A stretch of DNA of 64,000 bases from Bryobacteraceae bacterium (GTDB lineage: Bacteria > Acidobacteriota > Terriglobia > Bryobacterales > Bryobacteraceae). The stretch spans positions 7,307-71,306 of the forward strand of contig JBGPHT010000015.1 of the NCBI GenBank assembly GCA_041484525.1. Reading direction: 5' to 3'. The translations under genes and the position numbers were made by a program. Positions within the stretch are counted from its first letter, which is position 1. The number at the start of each line of letters is the position of its first letter. Shown here piece after piece: positions 45,701 to 53,674 of this stretch. The notes under the pieces were generated by a model. That model saw only the letters and a program-made list of their open reading frames with translations, was not told the origin of the DNA and searched no databases.

Positions 45701-46508
45701 CACCCGTGCCACAGGCCGTACCGGCACACATTCCTTCGAGAATGATGTTCTGATACGAGAGTTCGTTCTGCGTGAAGGTCGAGTTGTCGGGATAGAAATT
45801 CAGCCGGAACCACAGCCATTCCTGCGCGTTGCCCGGATAGGCCGCCCAATTCGTATCCGTGGCCAGTGCGAACGAGGGATTCGTCCAGTGGCCGGAGGGG
45901 TCCTGCACATCGCTGAAGGCCACCCCCGCCGCGCCGCTGCCCGACCCGTACGACCAACCGGACGTGTCGATATTCTTCGCCAGCACACCCGTCTTCGGGT
46001 CCACGATTTCCGGGAACAGAGATTCGTTGTTGGATGGCCAGAGATACGCCCCGGGATTGTTCGGATCCGACTCGAGCCCGTCCATGTGAGTGCTGCCCAG
46101 CGGTGGATTCAGCGTCCGGAATTTGCCGGTTGCGACGTCCGCCCCGCACGTTACGCGGAAATAGTAATCCGAATCCGCCTGTAGCGCGCGCGAATACTTC
46201 GCCCCCGATCCCGCCCGTTCCACACGCGGCTTTCCGGCTACAAACGTCCGCGTGCGGCCCAGCGTCAGCGACCCGGACCGGCTGTCCTGATCTTCTCCCG
46301 GAAACAACGCCGGGTCCACGTCGATCGCGAGCGGCGTGTAGCCCGGTTGCTTGCTCGCCTCGAACTTGCAGGCCTGACTCGTCGATGCCACGTAAGCAAT
46401 CACCGCCTGCGTCGGCGTCGTGCCCAGCACCCGGACATTGGTGATCTGCGCAGCCGCGATCCCCGGACCCAATACCGCCAGAACCGTCACTTCGCGTAGT
46501 CTTACCAT
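42729..46508 (-). CDS. Giant secreted hypothetical protein A (1259 aa), paralog of 38851..42654
   Basis: The start MVRLREVTVLAVLGPGIAAAQ (complement of 46506-46508) overlaps the stop of the upstream gene (ATGGTAA). The same motif order as protein B is present: ITNVRVLGTTPTQAVIAY..., WCTLHTYQ, HPDY[GA]VSL, EKHPSY, TPDGQWIMLRSN. Confidence 0.8.
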   Translation of the reverse strand: MVRLREVTVLAVLGPGIAAAQITNVRVLGTTPTQAVIAYVASTSQACKFEASKQPGYTPLAIDVDPALFPGEDQDSRSGSLTLGRTRTFVAGKPRVERAGSGAKYSRALQADSDYYFRVTCGADVATGKFRTLNPPLGSTHMDGLESDPNNPGAYLWPSNNESLFPEIVDPKTGVLAKNIDTSGWSYGSGSGAAGVAFSDVQDPSGHWTNPSFALATDTNWAAYPGNAQEWLWFRLNFYPDNSTFTQNELSYQNIILEGMCAGTACGTGGELVDVCITRLGIDEKGAHCENPIRTVALANVMSPIRICGDGALCQQPSKPGDIMLFDRLPKFDSVVGDGYVYNTSADYTKIFFGSLNDCRRLWPGETVLMYVSPSAVTFSVTLSSLNCGANPPQAVMSSSVIMDYNGTTGIPFYYFTGMANPRYGILVRKSSATASSTIYINSAKWVGASALNTTFANGSGGFNRVCTKRTDANGFYHCHAGNNMITGIRTEPDGNITVRFLGMAWLFGQGYGLQSGFQTYGPAANDFLWDDTNPNVMYFASRGYADNSGTQLVKATYTGNDLVCGTAGSACPPPDPYGSETQRWPQLPATFQILTPCLNGCLNPADDYSLEKQFARYTASKSTVYIQGSFPNCALEAVAGSTLLAACRQGQQDSFAWVFALDLGNGLPIGAGFVGRFGNTQQVFAANPIFARGLSKWCTLHTYQNVHKEGISTPEFQIEKIEPFKVTQTGSLPACSKLGGANCDLCPSVVVNGTDYTGKNFCGTLNTTTSWNGAWGAVPAGFATGEPVSTLANLHWMQPLGVGDELTSAGEVIRVIQKNGPSQYIVERGVGFDQSYQFPRAQGNGSVWPTGCEFSGAHWFYELDPDGTGTTSTYFPTDFVNHAFGRDGVRVHPDYAVSLSPFTPSQMQDLSYFSLIVMPDTYAQKQSFASGNTIEKHPSYGQEDAPAYDQGWFVDGHPYLFAGNSGSTQFSAVKISGDLYRYRYAGTIDAKQYDLAAFAGANVLREVSGPGSVVTGTSADAYKACRALVNNECTSGSTAGDVYMNIPVLDLTVNYCKEGEFFSGWRDICAVNFNVLGGSYAQWALPHTGGLTVRNFLGGRVLTRLFEPFRGSSTSNTKPTPDGQWIMLRSNIVLKLPPYPAANSVVRTSFSPVVVNLKPPASAGVNNAVVEFGYTTTLYCTVRTEKCVATKSAIDEVNPFVWPTEVGGDTGVTGMPCSSGCTIAIPAISGKVVFYRWSYRNASQAVIATSPLQVTVVP

Positions 46509-49162
46509 GATGCGATCGCCACCCTTCTCCAGCCATTCGCCTGGAAACAGATATAGAGAAAACTTCCGTCCGCCGCCCACGATCCGGAATCGCAGGTGGT
46601 GACGGCAGTTGCCGGGACCCCCACCCGCAGTCCCACCAGGCTGGTATCGAGCGCCAGATTCGTCGTCGCCCCAAGGTCCGCCGCGATCAATCCCACGCCC
46701 GGCGCGATGGCCTTCCCCGCACTGTACGCCGCCCGCTGATCCAGACCGCCGCTCACGTCAAACCTCACCGTCAGCCCAACCGGCCATGTGGCTGTCCACG
46801 TATATAGCGGAATCGAATCCAGCGGAAATGCAGGCACCGCCGCTTGCACCGTACAGTTCCCGCACGACAGCGTGTCTCCCGCCGGGAAGTTGTGCCCCGC
46901 GGTCAAAGCGCCCGACCGTGCGATGTAGATGAACACCGTGCCCGCGCCCAGAGTGGCGCCGCCCACCGTCAACGTCGAACTCTGCGTGAATGAGAAAGTC
47001 GTGCTTCCGAGCCGCACGTTGCACGGCGTGGTAACGCTGCACCCCACTCCGATCTGCAGCGTCACTGACGTCGTTCGCACCACTCCGAAATCGCCGAGTT
47101 GCGCACCCATGGTTGCTGCGCCTCCGCCCCCCGAGCCGGTCTGCGGCTCCCACTGGCTGCTCCCGGCGTTCCACCCCAACACCTGGCCGCTTCCCGGCGC
47201 CGCCGCCGATACCGCCCGGTTCTGCAGCGCCGTCACCGTATTGGTGCTCAGATCGCCCGTCACATCTCCCGCCGCGGTATGCGAATGGCTGGACGGCGAT
47301 TTCGAATTGATCTGTGTCTGAATGTCGCTGCTCACGTTCTGCAGAAACGCGAAGTGCGTGCTATCCACTGCGCCCGAGCCGATCTTCGTGGCATCAATCC
47401 CGGAGGGCAATTGACTCAAGGTCGCCGTCCCCGAAATATCGCTGAACGCATAGTCGGCAACCTGTTTCAGGATGGTTCCTGTGCGCCCGAAGACACTCAG
47501 CACCGAGCCGCCCCCGCCTCCCCCTCCACCGCCCGAGCCGCCGGAGCCGTTCACTACGCAGTGGCCGGTCTGGGCCGTGGTGAAATTGACCGTCACGTCG
47601 AACGTCGTGGGGTGCACCGTCACCGTGTCGGGCTCGATCTGTTTCGCCGGCGTGGCCGCGTCGTAGCACGCCACCACCAGATTCGCCGTGGCGAAACCGT
47701 GCGCCGTGGCGGCCATCACGATGCTGGTCTGGCTGACGAAATCGAGTCCGTAATTCTTCCCCGTGCCGGTGGGGACCCAGGCCGTGCCGTTGTAGAATTT
47801 CAAGCTGTTGCCATCCGCCGAATCCGCCGCCACGTCGCCGCTTTGGGGCGCACTGGGCAGCACGGCCGGCGCCACGCGCAAACCAGGGTTGGTGGCGCTG
47901 GCCGTGAACGTCTGCCGCGCGCCCGCCGAGAAGATCGTCGCCGCGGTCTTATCCACTGCATTGGTCACTTGCGAGGCCGAGTAGTCGCTCGCCTGTGCCG
48001 TCACCGTTCCCGTCCGCCCGAAAACGCTGCCCACCGAGGCCGGGGCCGCCGCCGTGATCACCCAGGAGGTGCCGTCGAACACTTTCAACTTATTCGAGTC
48101 GGCGGAATCGATCGCCAGGTCGCCGCTGGCCGGAGAACTGGGCAGCGTGGACGGCACGATCCGCAGTCCCGGCAGCGTACTCCCCGCCGTGAACGTCTGC
48201 CGCGCGCCCGCCGAGAACGTATTGGCCGCGGTCTTGTCCGCCGCGTTCGTCACCTGCGCCGCCAGGTAGTCGCCCGACTGCGCCGTCACGGTTCCGGTCC
48301 GCCCGAAAATGCTAGTGATGTTTCCGCCCCCCGACGTCCCCGCTGTTGCAATCCATGAGGTCCCGTCGAAATACTTCAGCTTGTTCACATCGCCCGCATC
48401 TATCGCCAGGTCGCCGCTCTGGGGCGCCGTCGGCAGTACCGCCGGGATCACGCGCAGGCCCGGTTGGCTGGCGCTTGGAGTGAAGGTCTGTTTCGCCCCC
48501 GACGTGTACGCGGTGGCGGCAGTTTTATCCACCGCGTTCGTGATCTGCGAGACCAGATAGTCGCCCGCTTGCGCCGTCACCGCGCCGGCTCGCCCGAAAA
48601 TGCTGGTGATGAGGTCGGGCGGCGCGACCGTCGTCACCCAGGCCGTTCCGTTGTAGAATTTCAGCTTGTTGCTGTCGCTCGCATCGATCGCCAAGTCCCC
48701 GGTCTGGGGCGCGCTCGGCAGCGTGGACGGCGCTACGCGCAGCCCGGTCAAAGTGGCGCCCGGCGTGAACGTCTGCTTCGCCCCGGCGGAGTAGCTATTG
48801 GCCGCGGTCTTATCCACCGCATTGGTGATTTGCGCTGCCGTGAAGTCGCCCGTTTGCGACGCCACCGTCCCAACGCGGCCGAAGACCGTCAGCACCGCCG
48901 CCGAGCTTTGTAGGGTCCACGTATCCGTCGTAGTGCACAGATACAGATTCTTCCCGGCCGGGGCGCTAGTGCTGAAGAACGCCGCTCCTATCGAGCACGT
49001 GGATGGAAGCGTAACGCCGGTCTTAAAGGGTTTGGTCGAGGGTGCGGCCGAGAAATCGACGGTCTTGCCTTGCGTCGACAGGCCAATTCGCGTCTGGCAA
49101 TTGACCCTGTACAGCCCCGCACCGATGACCGCCAACGCGATCGGAAAACGCCATGTCTGCAT
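46502..49162 (-). CDS. Secreted repeat protein with phage-tail-fibre-like repeats
   Basis: Start MQTWRFPIALAVIGAGLYRVNCQ (complement of 49160-49162). It has four tandem ~95-aa repeats beginning [VI]FGR[VAT]G[TA]V[TA][AS]Q, a fifth partial copy after a poly-Gly linker (GGSGGGGGGGGGS), and Cys-bracketed end modules. Confidence 0.8.
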   Translation of the reverse strand: MQTWRFPIALAVIGAGLYRVNCQTRIGLSTQGKTVDFSAAPSTKPFKTGVTLPSTCSIGAAFFSTSAPAGKNLYLCTTTDTWTLQSSAAVLTVFGRVGTVASQTGDFTAAQITNAVDKTAANSYSAGAKQTFTPGATLTGLRVAPSTLPSAPQTGDLAIDASDSNKLKFYNGTAWVTTVAPPDLITSIFGRAGAVTAQAGDYLVSQITNAVDKTAATAYTSGAKQTFTPSASQPGLRVIPAVLPTAPQSGDLAIDAGDVNKLKYFDGTSWIATAGTSGGGNITSIFGRTGTVTAQSGDYLAAQVTNAADKTAANTFSAGARQTFTAGSTLPGLRIVPSTLPSSPASGDLAIDSADSNKLKVFDGTSWVITAAAPASVGSVFGRTGTVTAQASDYSASQVTNAVDKTAATIFSAGARQTFTASATNPGLRVAPAVLPSAPQSGDVAADSADGNSLKFYNGTAWVPTGTGKNYGLDFVSQTSIVMAATAHGFATANLVVACYDAATPAKQIEPDTVTVHPTTFDVTVNFTTAQTGHCVVNGSGGSGGGGGGGGGSVLSVFGRTGTILKQVADYAFSDISGTATLSQLPSGIDATKIGSGAVDSTHFAFLQNVSSDIQTQINSKSPSSHSHTAAGDVTGDLSTNTVTALQNRAVSAAAPGSGQVLGWNAGSSQWEPQTGSGGGGAATMGAQLGDFGVVRTTSVTLQIGVGCSVTTPCNVRLGSTTFSFTQSSTLTVGGATLGAGTVFIYIARSGALTAGHNFPAGDTLSCGNCTVQAAVPAFPLDSIPLYTWTATWPVGLTVRFDVSGGLDQRAAYSAGKAIAPGVGLIAADLGATTNLALDTSLVGLRVGVPATAVTTCDSGSWAADGSFLYICFQANGWRRVAIASW
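47765..48886 (-). repeat. Four in-frame tandem coding repeats (periods 95, 97 and 95 aa, about 285-291 bp) inside the tail-fibre-like gene
   Basis: Repeat starts are at residues 113, 208, 305 and 400 of the track ORF. The consensus is FGRtGtVtAQsGDY..aQvTNAvDKTAA..fSAGArQTFT....pGLRv.P..LPsaPqSGDLAID..D.NkLK.f.GTsWv. Confidence 0.9.
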
Positions 49163-49264
49163 GGTTATTTTTGGGTTGTTTCGGAGGCTGTCCTCCGAAG
49201 TCCAAATATCCCAGCCGCACATGCGCTTGAACCGTGCCGTTGCGCTAAGCGTTTGAAAATGGGC

Positions 49265-50407
49265 TTAAAAAAAATCGGTTGAGCTTGTGACGGGCGCCCG
49301 CTCGATCCAATCCGCAATCGCCCGCTCGATCCGTTCGCACGCATGGCCGTCCCCGTACGGATTGTGGATATGGGACATGCCTTGATATGCCTCCGGATCG
49401 TCCAGCAGCAGTTCGGCCTGGCGCACGATTCGCTCGGTATCGGTCCCTACCAGCCGCACCGTCCCGGCGTCGACCGCTTCCAGCCTCTCGGTCTTATCGC
49501 GCAGCACCAGCACCGGCTTGCCCAGTGACGGCGCCTCTTCCTGAACTCCGCCCGAATCCGTCAGCAGCAGATAAGAGCGGCGCATCAGGTCGACGAAGTC
49601 CACGTACTCGATCGGATCGAGCAGCGTGATGCCGCGCGTCCCTCCCAGCAGCCGCGTCACGGGAGCAAGCACATTCGGGTTGCGATGCACCGGATAAACG
49701 ATCTGCACGTCCGGACGCCGGGCCAGGCGGTTCAGAGCCTCGCAGATGCGCTCGAACCCAGCGCCGAAGCTCTCGCGCCGATGCGCTGTCACCAGAATCA
49801 GTTTGCGGCCCGGATCCAGTTCGTCCCAGCGACGCGCCGTCAGCCGCCCCAAAAGCAGCGCGTCCCGCACATGCAGCACCGCGTCGATCCCCGTGTTGCC
49901 GGTCACCGAAATCGCCGCCGCGGCCACGCCTTCGCGCAGCAGATTGTCGCGCGCCGATTCGGTGGGCGCGAAGTGCAGAGCCGCCAGGCGCGTCGCGATC
50001 ATGCGGTTCAATTCCTCTGGGTAGGGCTGGTAGAGGTCCCCCGTCCGCAACCCCGCTTCGACGTGGCCGACCGCGATCCGTTGATAGAACGCCGCGAGCG
50101 CTCCCGCCATCGTGGTGGTGGTATCGCCCTGGACCAATACCAGGTCCGGACGCTCCTCCGCCAGCACCGGTTCAAGCGCCGCCAATATCCGCGCCGTGGA
50201 TTGCGAAAGCGTCTGCCCCGGCAGCATCAGGTCGAGGTCATAATCGGGCTCGATGCCGAACGCTGCCAGCACCTGGTCGAGCATCGCCCGATGCTGCGCC
50301 GTCACGCACACCTTGATTTCGAACGCCGCGAGCGAGCGCAGATGCAGCACTAGCGGCGCCAGTTTGATCGCCTCGGGCCGCGTGCCAAAAATGAAGAGTG
50401 CCCGCAT
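49265..50407 (-). CDS. wecB: UDP-N-acetylglucosamine 2-epimerase (non-hydrolysing)
   Basis: [20 protein letters not shown]-terminus and [10 protein letters not shown]. The start is set at the complement of 50405-50407. The track ORF has an unlikely 35-aa extension. Confidence 0.9.
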   Translation of the reverse strand: MRALFIFGTRPEAIKLAPLVLHLRSLAAFEIKVCVTAQHRAMLDQVLAAFGIEPDYDLDLMLPGQTLSQSTARILAALEPVLAEERPDLVLVQGDTTTTMAGALAAFYQRIAVGHVEAGLRTGDLYQPYPEELNRMIATRLAALHFAPTESARDNLLREGVAAAAISVTGNTGIDAVLHVRDALLLGRLTARRWDELDPGRKLILVTAHRRESFGAGFERICEALNRLARRPDVQIVYPVHRNPNVLAPVTRLLGGTRGITLLDPIEYVDFVDLMRRSYLLLTDSGGVQEEAPSLGKPVLVLRDKTERLEAVDAGTVRLVGTDTERIVRQAELLLDDPEAYQGMSHIHNPYGDGHACERIERAIADWIERAPVTSSTDFF

Positions 50408-50465
50408 GTCTGGGCGGAAACAACCATTGTACAGTCCCGCCCCGCGCCCGTATGCTTGTAAGGTA

Positions 50466-51089
50466 GTGGGACGATTCATCCGTCGCGTGTGGCGCATCGC
50501 CGTGGGAGCCATGGCTCTCCTCGGCTTCCTCTACGTGCTGGTCAGCGCCACCCCGCTCACCATCTGGTGGGCGCGCAAACTCGCCGGCCCGTGGAACGAC
50601 CCGCGGGGTGAGACCGTCATCGTGCTCGGCGGTTCCGTCATGGAGGGCGGCATCGTGGGGCTGAATTCCTACTGGCGGACCATCTATACCCGCCTGGTCT
50701 ACCGCGAGGGTGGCGTCCGCCGCATCATCATCTCGGGAGGCGCGCCGGACAACCCCATCTCCGAAGCCATGAAGGGATTTCTCGTCTGTCAGGGTCTACC
50801 CGGCGACGTCATCACCACCGACACCAAAGCCCTCAGCACGCGCGAAAACGCCGTCAACGTGGCCGAGATTCTGAAAGGTGACACCAGCCGGAAAATCCTG
50901 CTGACCAGCGACTATCACATGTACCGCGCCTGGCGCAGTTTCCGAAAGGTCGGCCTGAACATGGAACCGCGCCCCTTTCCCGACGCCATCAAGCAAAGTC
51001 AAAACTGGATGGGACGGTGGCCGAGTTTCCTGAACCTATCCATCGAAAGCGCTAAGATCGCCTACTACTACGCGCGCGGATGGATCTGA
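50466..51089 (+). CDS. YdcF/ElyC-like (DUF218) membrane-anchored protein
   Basis: VIVLGGS, IIISGG, TRENA and [11 protein letters not shown] are DUF218 motifs. The start is uncertain: GTG 50466 gives a basic N-terminus plus a TM segment, and ATG 50511 is the alternative. The upstream part of the track ORF is antisense to wecB. Confidence 0.6.
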   Translation: MGRFIRRVWRIAVGAMALLGFLYVLVSATPLTIWWARKLAGPWNDPRGETVIVLGGSVMEGGIVGLNSYWRTIYTRLVYREGGVRRIIISGGAPDNPISEAMKGFLVCQGLPGDVITTDTKALSTRENAVNVAEILKGDTSRKILLTSDYHMYRAWRSFRKVGLNMEPRPFPDAIKQSQNWMGRWPSFLNLSIESAKIAYYYARGWI

Positions 51090-51097
51090 AAGGCAAT

Positions 51098-52102
51098 TCA
51101 CAGAGCTGCCACTAACTCCGCCACGCTCGCCGTCGCCGTTCCCAGCTTCCCCACGACAATCCCGCTGGCGCGGTTCGCCAGTTCGGCAGCCTCAGCCGGC
51201 GACGCCCCCGCGCACAAGCTCAGCGTAAAAACCGAGATGGCGGTGTCCCCTGCCCCGGACACGTCGAATACATCCTTGGCGCGCGTCGGTGTGTGGTACG
51301 GCTCGCCCTCGCCGTCGAGCAACAGCATGCCGTGCTCCCCGAGCGTGATCAGCAGGCTGTCGGTATGCCACATTTGCTGCAGCCGCTTCGCCGCCTCGAT
51401 CAGCGCGACGTCCTCCAGCACCGGCAGCACCGGATCCGACGGCAGCATTCCGGCCATCACAAAGGCCTCGCCGCGGTTCGGTTTGATGGCCGTGGCGCCG
51501 TTCCACGTGAGCGACGTGTGCGGATGCGGATCCACCGCCAGGATCTTGCCGTGCGTGCGAGCACACTCGCAGATGTAATCGGCCAGGGCCTGGCTCAGAA
51601 ATCCCTTGCCGTAATCGGCAACAATAATGCCGTCGAGCCCGCCGATGACGCCATCCAGATATCGCTTCGCCCGTTCCATCTGGTCCCCGGTGAGCGCCGT
51701 CCGATGTTCGCGATCCACCCGCACTACTTGTTGATGGCGCGCGATAATGCGCGTCTTGACGGTGGTCGAAAATCCCGCCGCCTGCTGCACCCCCGCGGTA
51801 TCGATGCCCGCGGTTTCGAGCAGTTCCGTCAACCGGCCCCCGTGCGCATCCGCCCCCACGACTCCCATTACCGCCGTACACGCCGTAAGCTCGCGAACGT
51901 TGCGCGCCACGTTGGCCGCGCCGCCCGGATAGTAGGATTCGCCCGTGACGTTCACCACCGGCACCGGCGCTTCGGGCGAAATCCGCGATACCTTGCCCCA
52001 GATGAACTCGTCCAGCATGAGATCGCCGATCGCCAGAATCCGCTTGCCCGCGAACCCGGCGATCAGGGAACTCAGGCGCTCCGTCTCGAATTCAGTCTGC
52101 AT
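51098..52102 (-). CDS. hldA: D-glycero-beta-D-manno-heptose 7-phosphate kinase (RfaE/HldE domain I type, PfkB family), stand-alone
   Basis: ILAIGDLMLDEFIWGKVSRISPEAPVPVVNV...YPGGAANVARNV closely parallels the N-terminus of E. coli HldE. GAGDT lies near the C-terminus. The start is at MQTEFE (52102). Confidence 0.8.
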   Translation of the reverse strand: MQTEFETERLSSLIAGFAGKRILAIGDLMLDEFIWGKVSRISPEAPVPVVNVTGESYYPGGAANVARNVRELTACTAVMGVVGADAHGGRLTELLETAGIDTAGVQQAAGFSTTVKTRIIARHQQVVRVDREHRTALTGDQMERAKRYLDGVIGGLDGIIVADYGKGFLSQALADYICECARTHGKILAVDPHPHTSLTWNGATAIKPNRGEAFVMAGMLPSDPVLPVLEDVALIEAAKRLQQMWHTDSLLITLGEHGMLLLDGEGEPYHTPTRAKDVFDVSGAGDTAISVFTLSLCAGASPAEAAELANRASGIVVGKLGTATASVAELVAAL

Positions 52103-53573
52103 TCCGTGAGGACATCTCCGGCATGGAGCCGTGTTGCCGGCGGGCGCTCTCGGAGGCGTCACCCGCGGCCTCGCGGCGCGCGATCACGATCAGGGAGAGC
52201 CCTCGCCACGGCATCGAGCCGTCCAGCCGCCGCCACAGCCACACCGTCTTGTCGAAGATCTTCAGCACCGGTTTGTTGATGTTGCGCGAACCGAACAGCT
52301 TGCTGTAAATCCACCAGGGCGGCGTCCCGGCCTTGTTGAAACCGTATGCCTTCTCCACTCTGAAGCCGCGCGATTCGAGCAACTGCCTGGCATCCGCCAC
52401 GCTGTAACGCCGCTTGTGCCCCAGGCTGCGGTCGAGCGTTCCGAACAGCGCCGGCCCTTGCGGCACCAGCACCATCAGTACGCCGTTCGGTTTGAGCGTA
52501 TCGCGCAAAGATGCCACCACCTGACCCGGGTCGTCCAGGTACTCGAGGACGTTCAGGCACAGCACCGTGTCGAAGCTGTGGCCCAGGCCGGCCACCTCCT
52601 CGGGTAGTTCGGGGTCGACGCGCTGCACCACCACATTCGGAGTCCGCAGGAAACGGTTGCGCAGCGCGTGCAGATGCAGCGGGTCCTTTTCCGCCGCCAC
52701 ATAAAGCACGCGGCGGCTCATCAGCCTGCCCGAAATATTCCCGATACCCGCGCCCACCTCAAGCACTTCGTCGCCTACGTGCGGCCGCAGTTGCCGAGCC
52801 AGCCAGCTCAAGTACTGCGGCGTCCCCGTCAGATTATTCAAGACGCCGCGGCCGTACGGCGCCGAGTACAGGTCGTCGATGATCCAGAACTTGAGAATCA
52901 CGCCCAGCGCCTTCAATCCGTCCCGCCACCCGATCTTCTTGCCTTCCTCGTAAGTGCGGCCGTGATAGCTGATGGGCACTTCGTAAATGCGGAAATTCCG
53001 CTTGGCGCTCTTCATCGTGATTTCCGGCTCGAACCCGAAACGGTCGCTTCGGATGGGAACGCTTTTCAGCAGATCCGTGCGGAACACCTTGTAGCAGGTC
53101 TCCATGTCCGTCAGTTTGAGGTTGCAGAACATGTTCGAAACCAGGGTGAGCCCCTTGTTGATCATGGAGTGCCAGAACGGCAGCACGCGCATCTGCTCGC
53201 CCGCCAGGTAGCGCGATCCGAACACCGCGTCGGCATGCCCCGCCAGCAGCGGCCGTAGCAGGATCGGATATTCCGAGGGATCGTACTCCAGGTCGGCGTC
53301 CTGAATCAGGGAGAAATCGCCCGTCGCCTTCTCGATCGCGGTGCGCACGGCCGCGCCCTTGCCCCGGTTCTGCGGATGGCGGTAAAGCCGGATCTGCGGA
53401 AATGCCGCCGCCAGCCGCTCGAGAATGGCGTACGTGCCGTCAGTCGAGCAGTCGTCCACGATCACCAGTTCCCGCTCCATGTTTTCGGGAACGGGGGCCG
53501 TCAATACGAGCGAGATACACCTCTCGACGACAGTGCGCTCGTTATAGACCGGCATCAGGATCGACAGCTTCAT
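52092..53573 (-). CDS. Fusion protein: GT2 glycosyltransferase (N-terminal) plus class I SAM methyltransferase (C-terminal)
   Basis: MKLSILMPVYNERTVVERCI...VIVDDCSTDGT...DADLEYDP are GT2 motifs. VLEVGAGIGNISGRL is the MTase motif I. The start is at 53573. Confidence 0.8.
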   Translation of the reverse strand: MKLSILMPVYNERTVVERCISLVLTAPVPENMERELVIVDDCSTDGTYAILERLAAAFPQIRLYRHPQNRGKGAAVRTAIEKATGDFSLIQDADLEYDPSEYPILLRPLLAGHADAVFGSRYLAGEQMRVLPFWHSMINKGLTLVSNMFCNLKLTDMETCYKVFRTDLLKSVPIRSDRFGFEPEITMKSAKRNFRIYEVPISYHGRTYEEGKKIGWRDGLKALGVILKFWIIDDLYSAPYGRGVLNNLTGTPQYLSWLARQLRPHVGDEVLEVGAGIGNISGRLMSRRVLYVAAEKDPLHLHALRNRFLRTPNVVVQRVDPELPEEVAGLGHSFDTVLCLNVLEYLDDPGQVVASLRDTLKPNGVLMVLVPQGPALFGTLDRSLGHKRRYSVADARQLLESRGFRVEKAYGFNKAGTPPWWIYSKLFGSRNINKPVLKIFDKTVWLWRRLDGSMPWRGLSLIVIARREAAGDASESARRQHGSMPEMSSRNAD

Positions 53574-53653
53574 GAAAGTATTTAGTCTAACAAAGCCGCC
53601 GGAACAGCCCCGAGCCCGCCGTGCCTTGCCTGCCCCGATTATGCTACAATTCA

Positions 53654-53668
53654 ACTAGTCAGACTAGT
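53654..53668. promoter_or_regulatory. Palindrome ACTAGTC-A-GACTAGT just upstream of the phd-like gene, preceded by TACAAT (53645-53650). Candidate TA promoter/operator.
   Basis: Read directly from the sequence: perfect 7-bp arms ending 6 nt before ATG 53675. I found no convincing -35 element. Confidence 0.35.
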
Positions 53669-53674
53669 GAGAAT

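Noticed and set aside
47500-48900. Regular ~290-bp DNA repeats considered as a CRISPR or satellite array
   Set aside because: The period is far too long and there is no spacer structure. The repeats are in frame within a long ORF and are conserved at the protein level.
38851-49162. PEP-CTERM, LPXTG or lipobox sorting signals on the large secreted proteins
   Set aside because: The C-termini (…IQVTSVP, …LQVTVVP, …RRVAIASW) lack a PEP motif, TM segment and basic tail. The N-terminal regions lack an L-x-x-C lipobox at the cleavage region.
49180-49199. Perfect 8-bp stem with a 4-nt loop (TTCGGAGG-CTGT-CCTCCGAA) between wecB and the tail-fibre-like gene, considered as a terminator
   Set aside because: No U-tract follows it on the transcribed (minus) strand. 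It might be an RNA stability or attenuator element, but the evidence is insufficient to call it.
38851-49222. Prophage remnant interpretation of the tail-fibre-like gene
   Set aside because: The window has no capsid, portal, terminase, tail tube/sheath, baseplate, integrase or lysis genes. GC is like the host, and the neighbours are glycan-synthesis genes. A domesticated fibre-like module is more likely.
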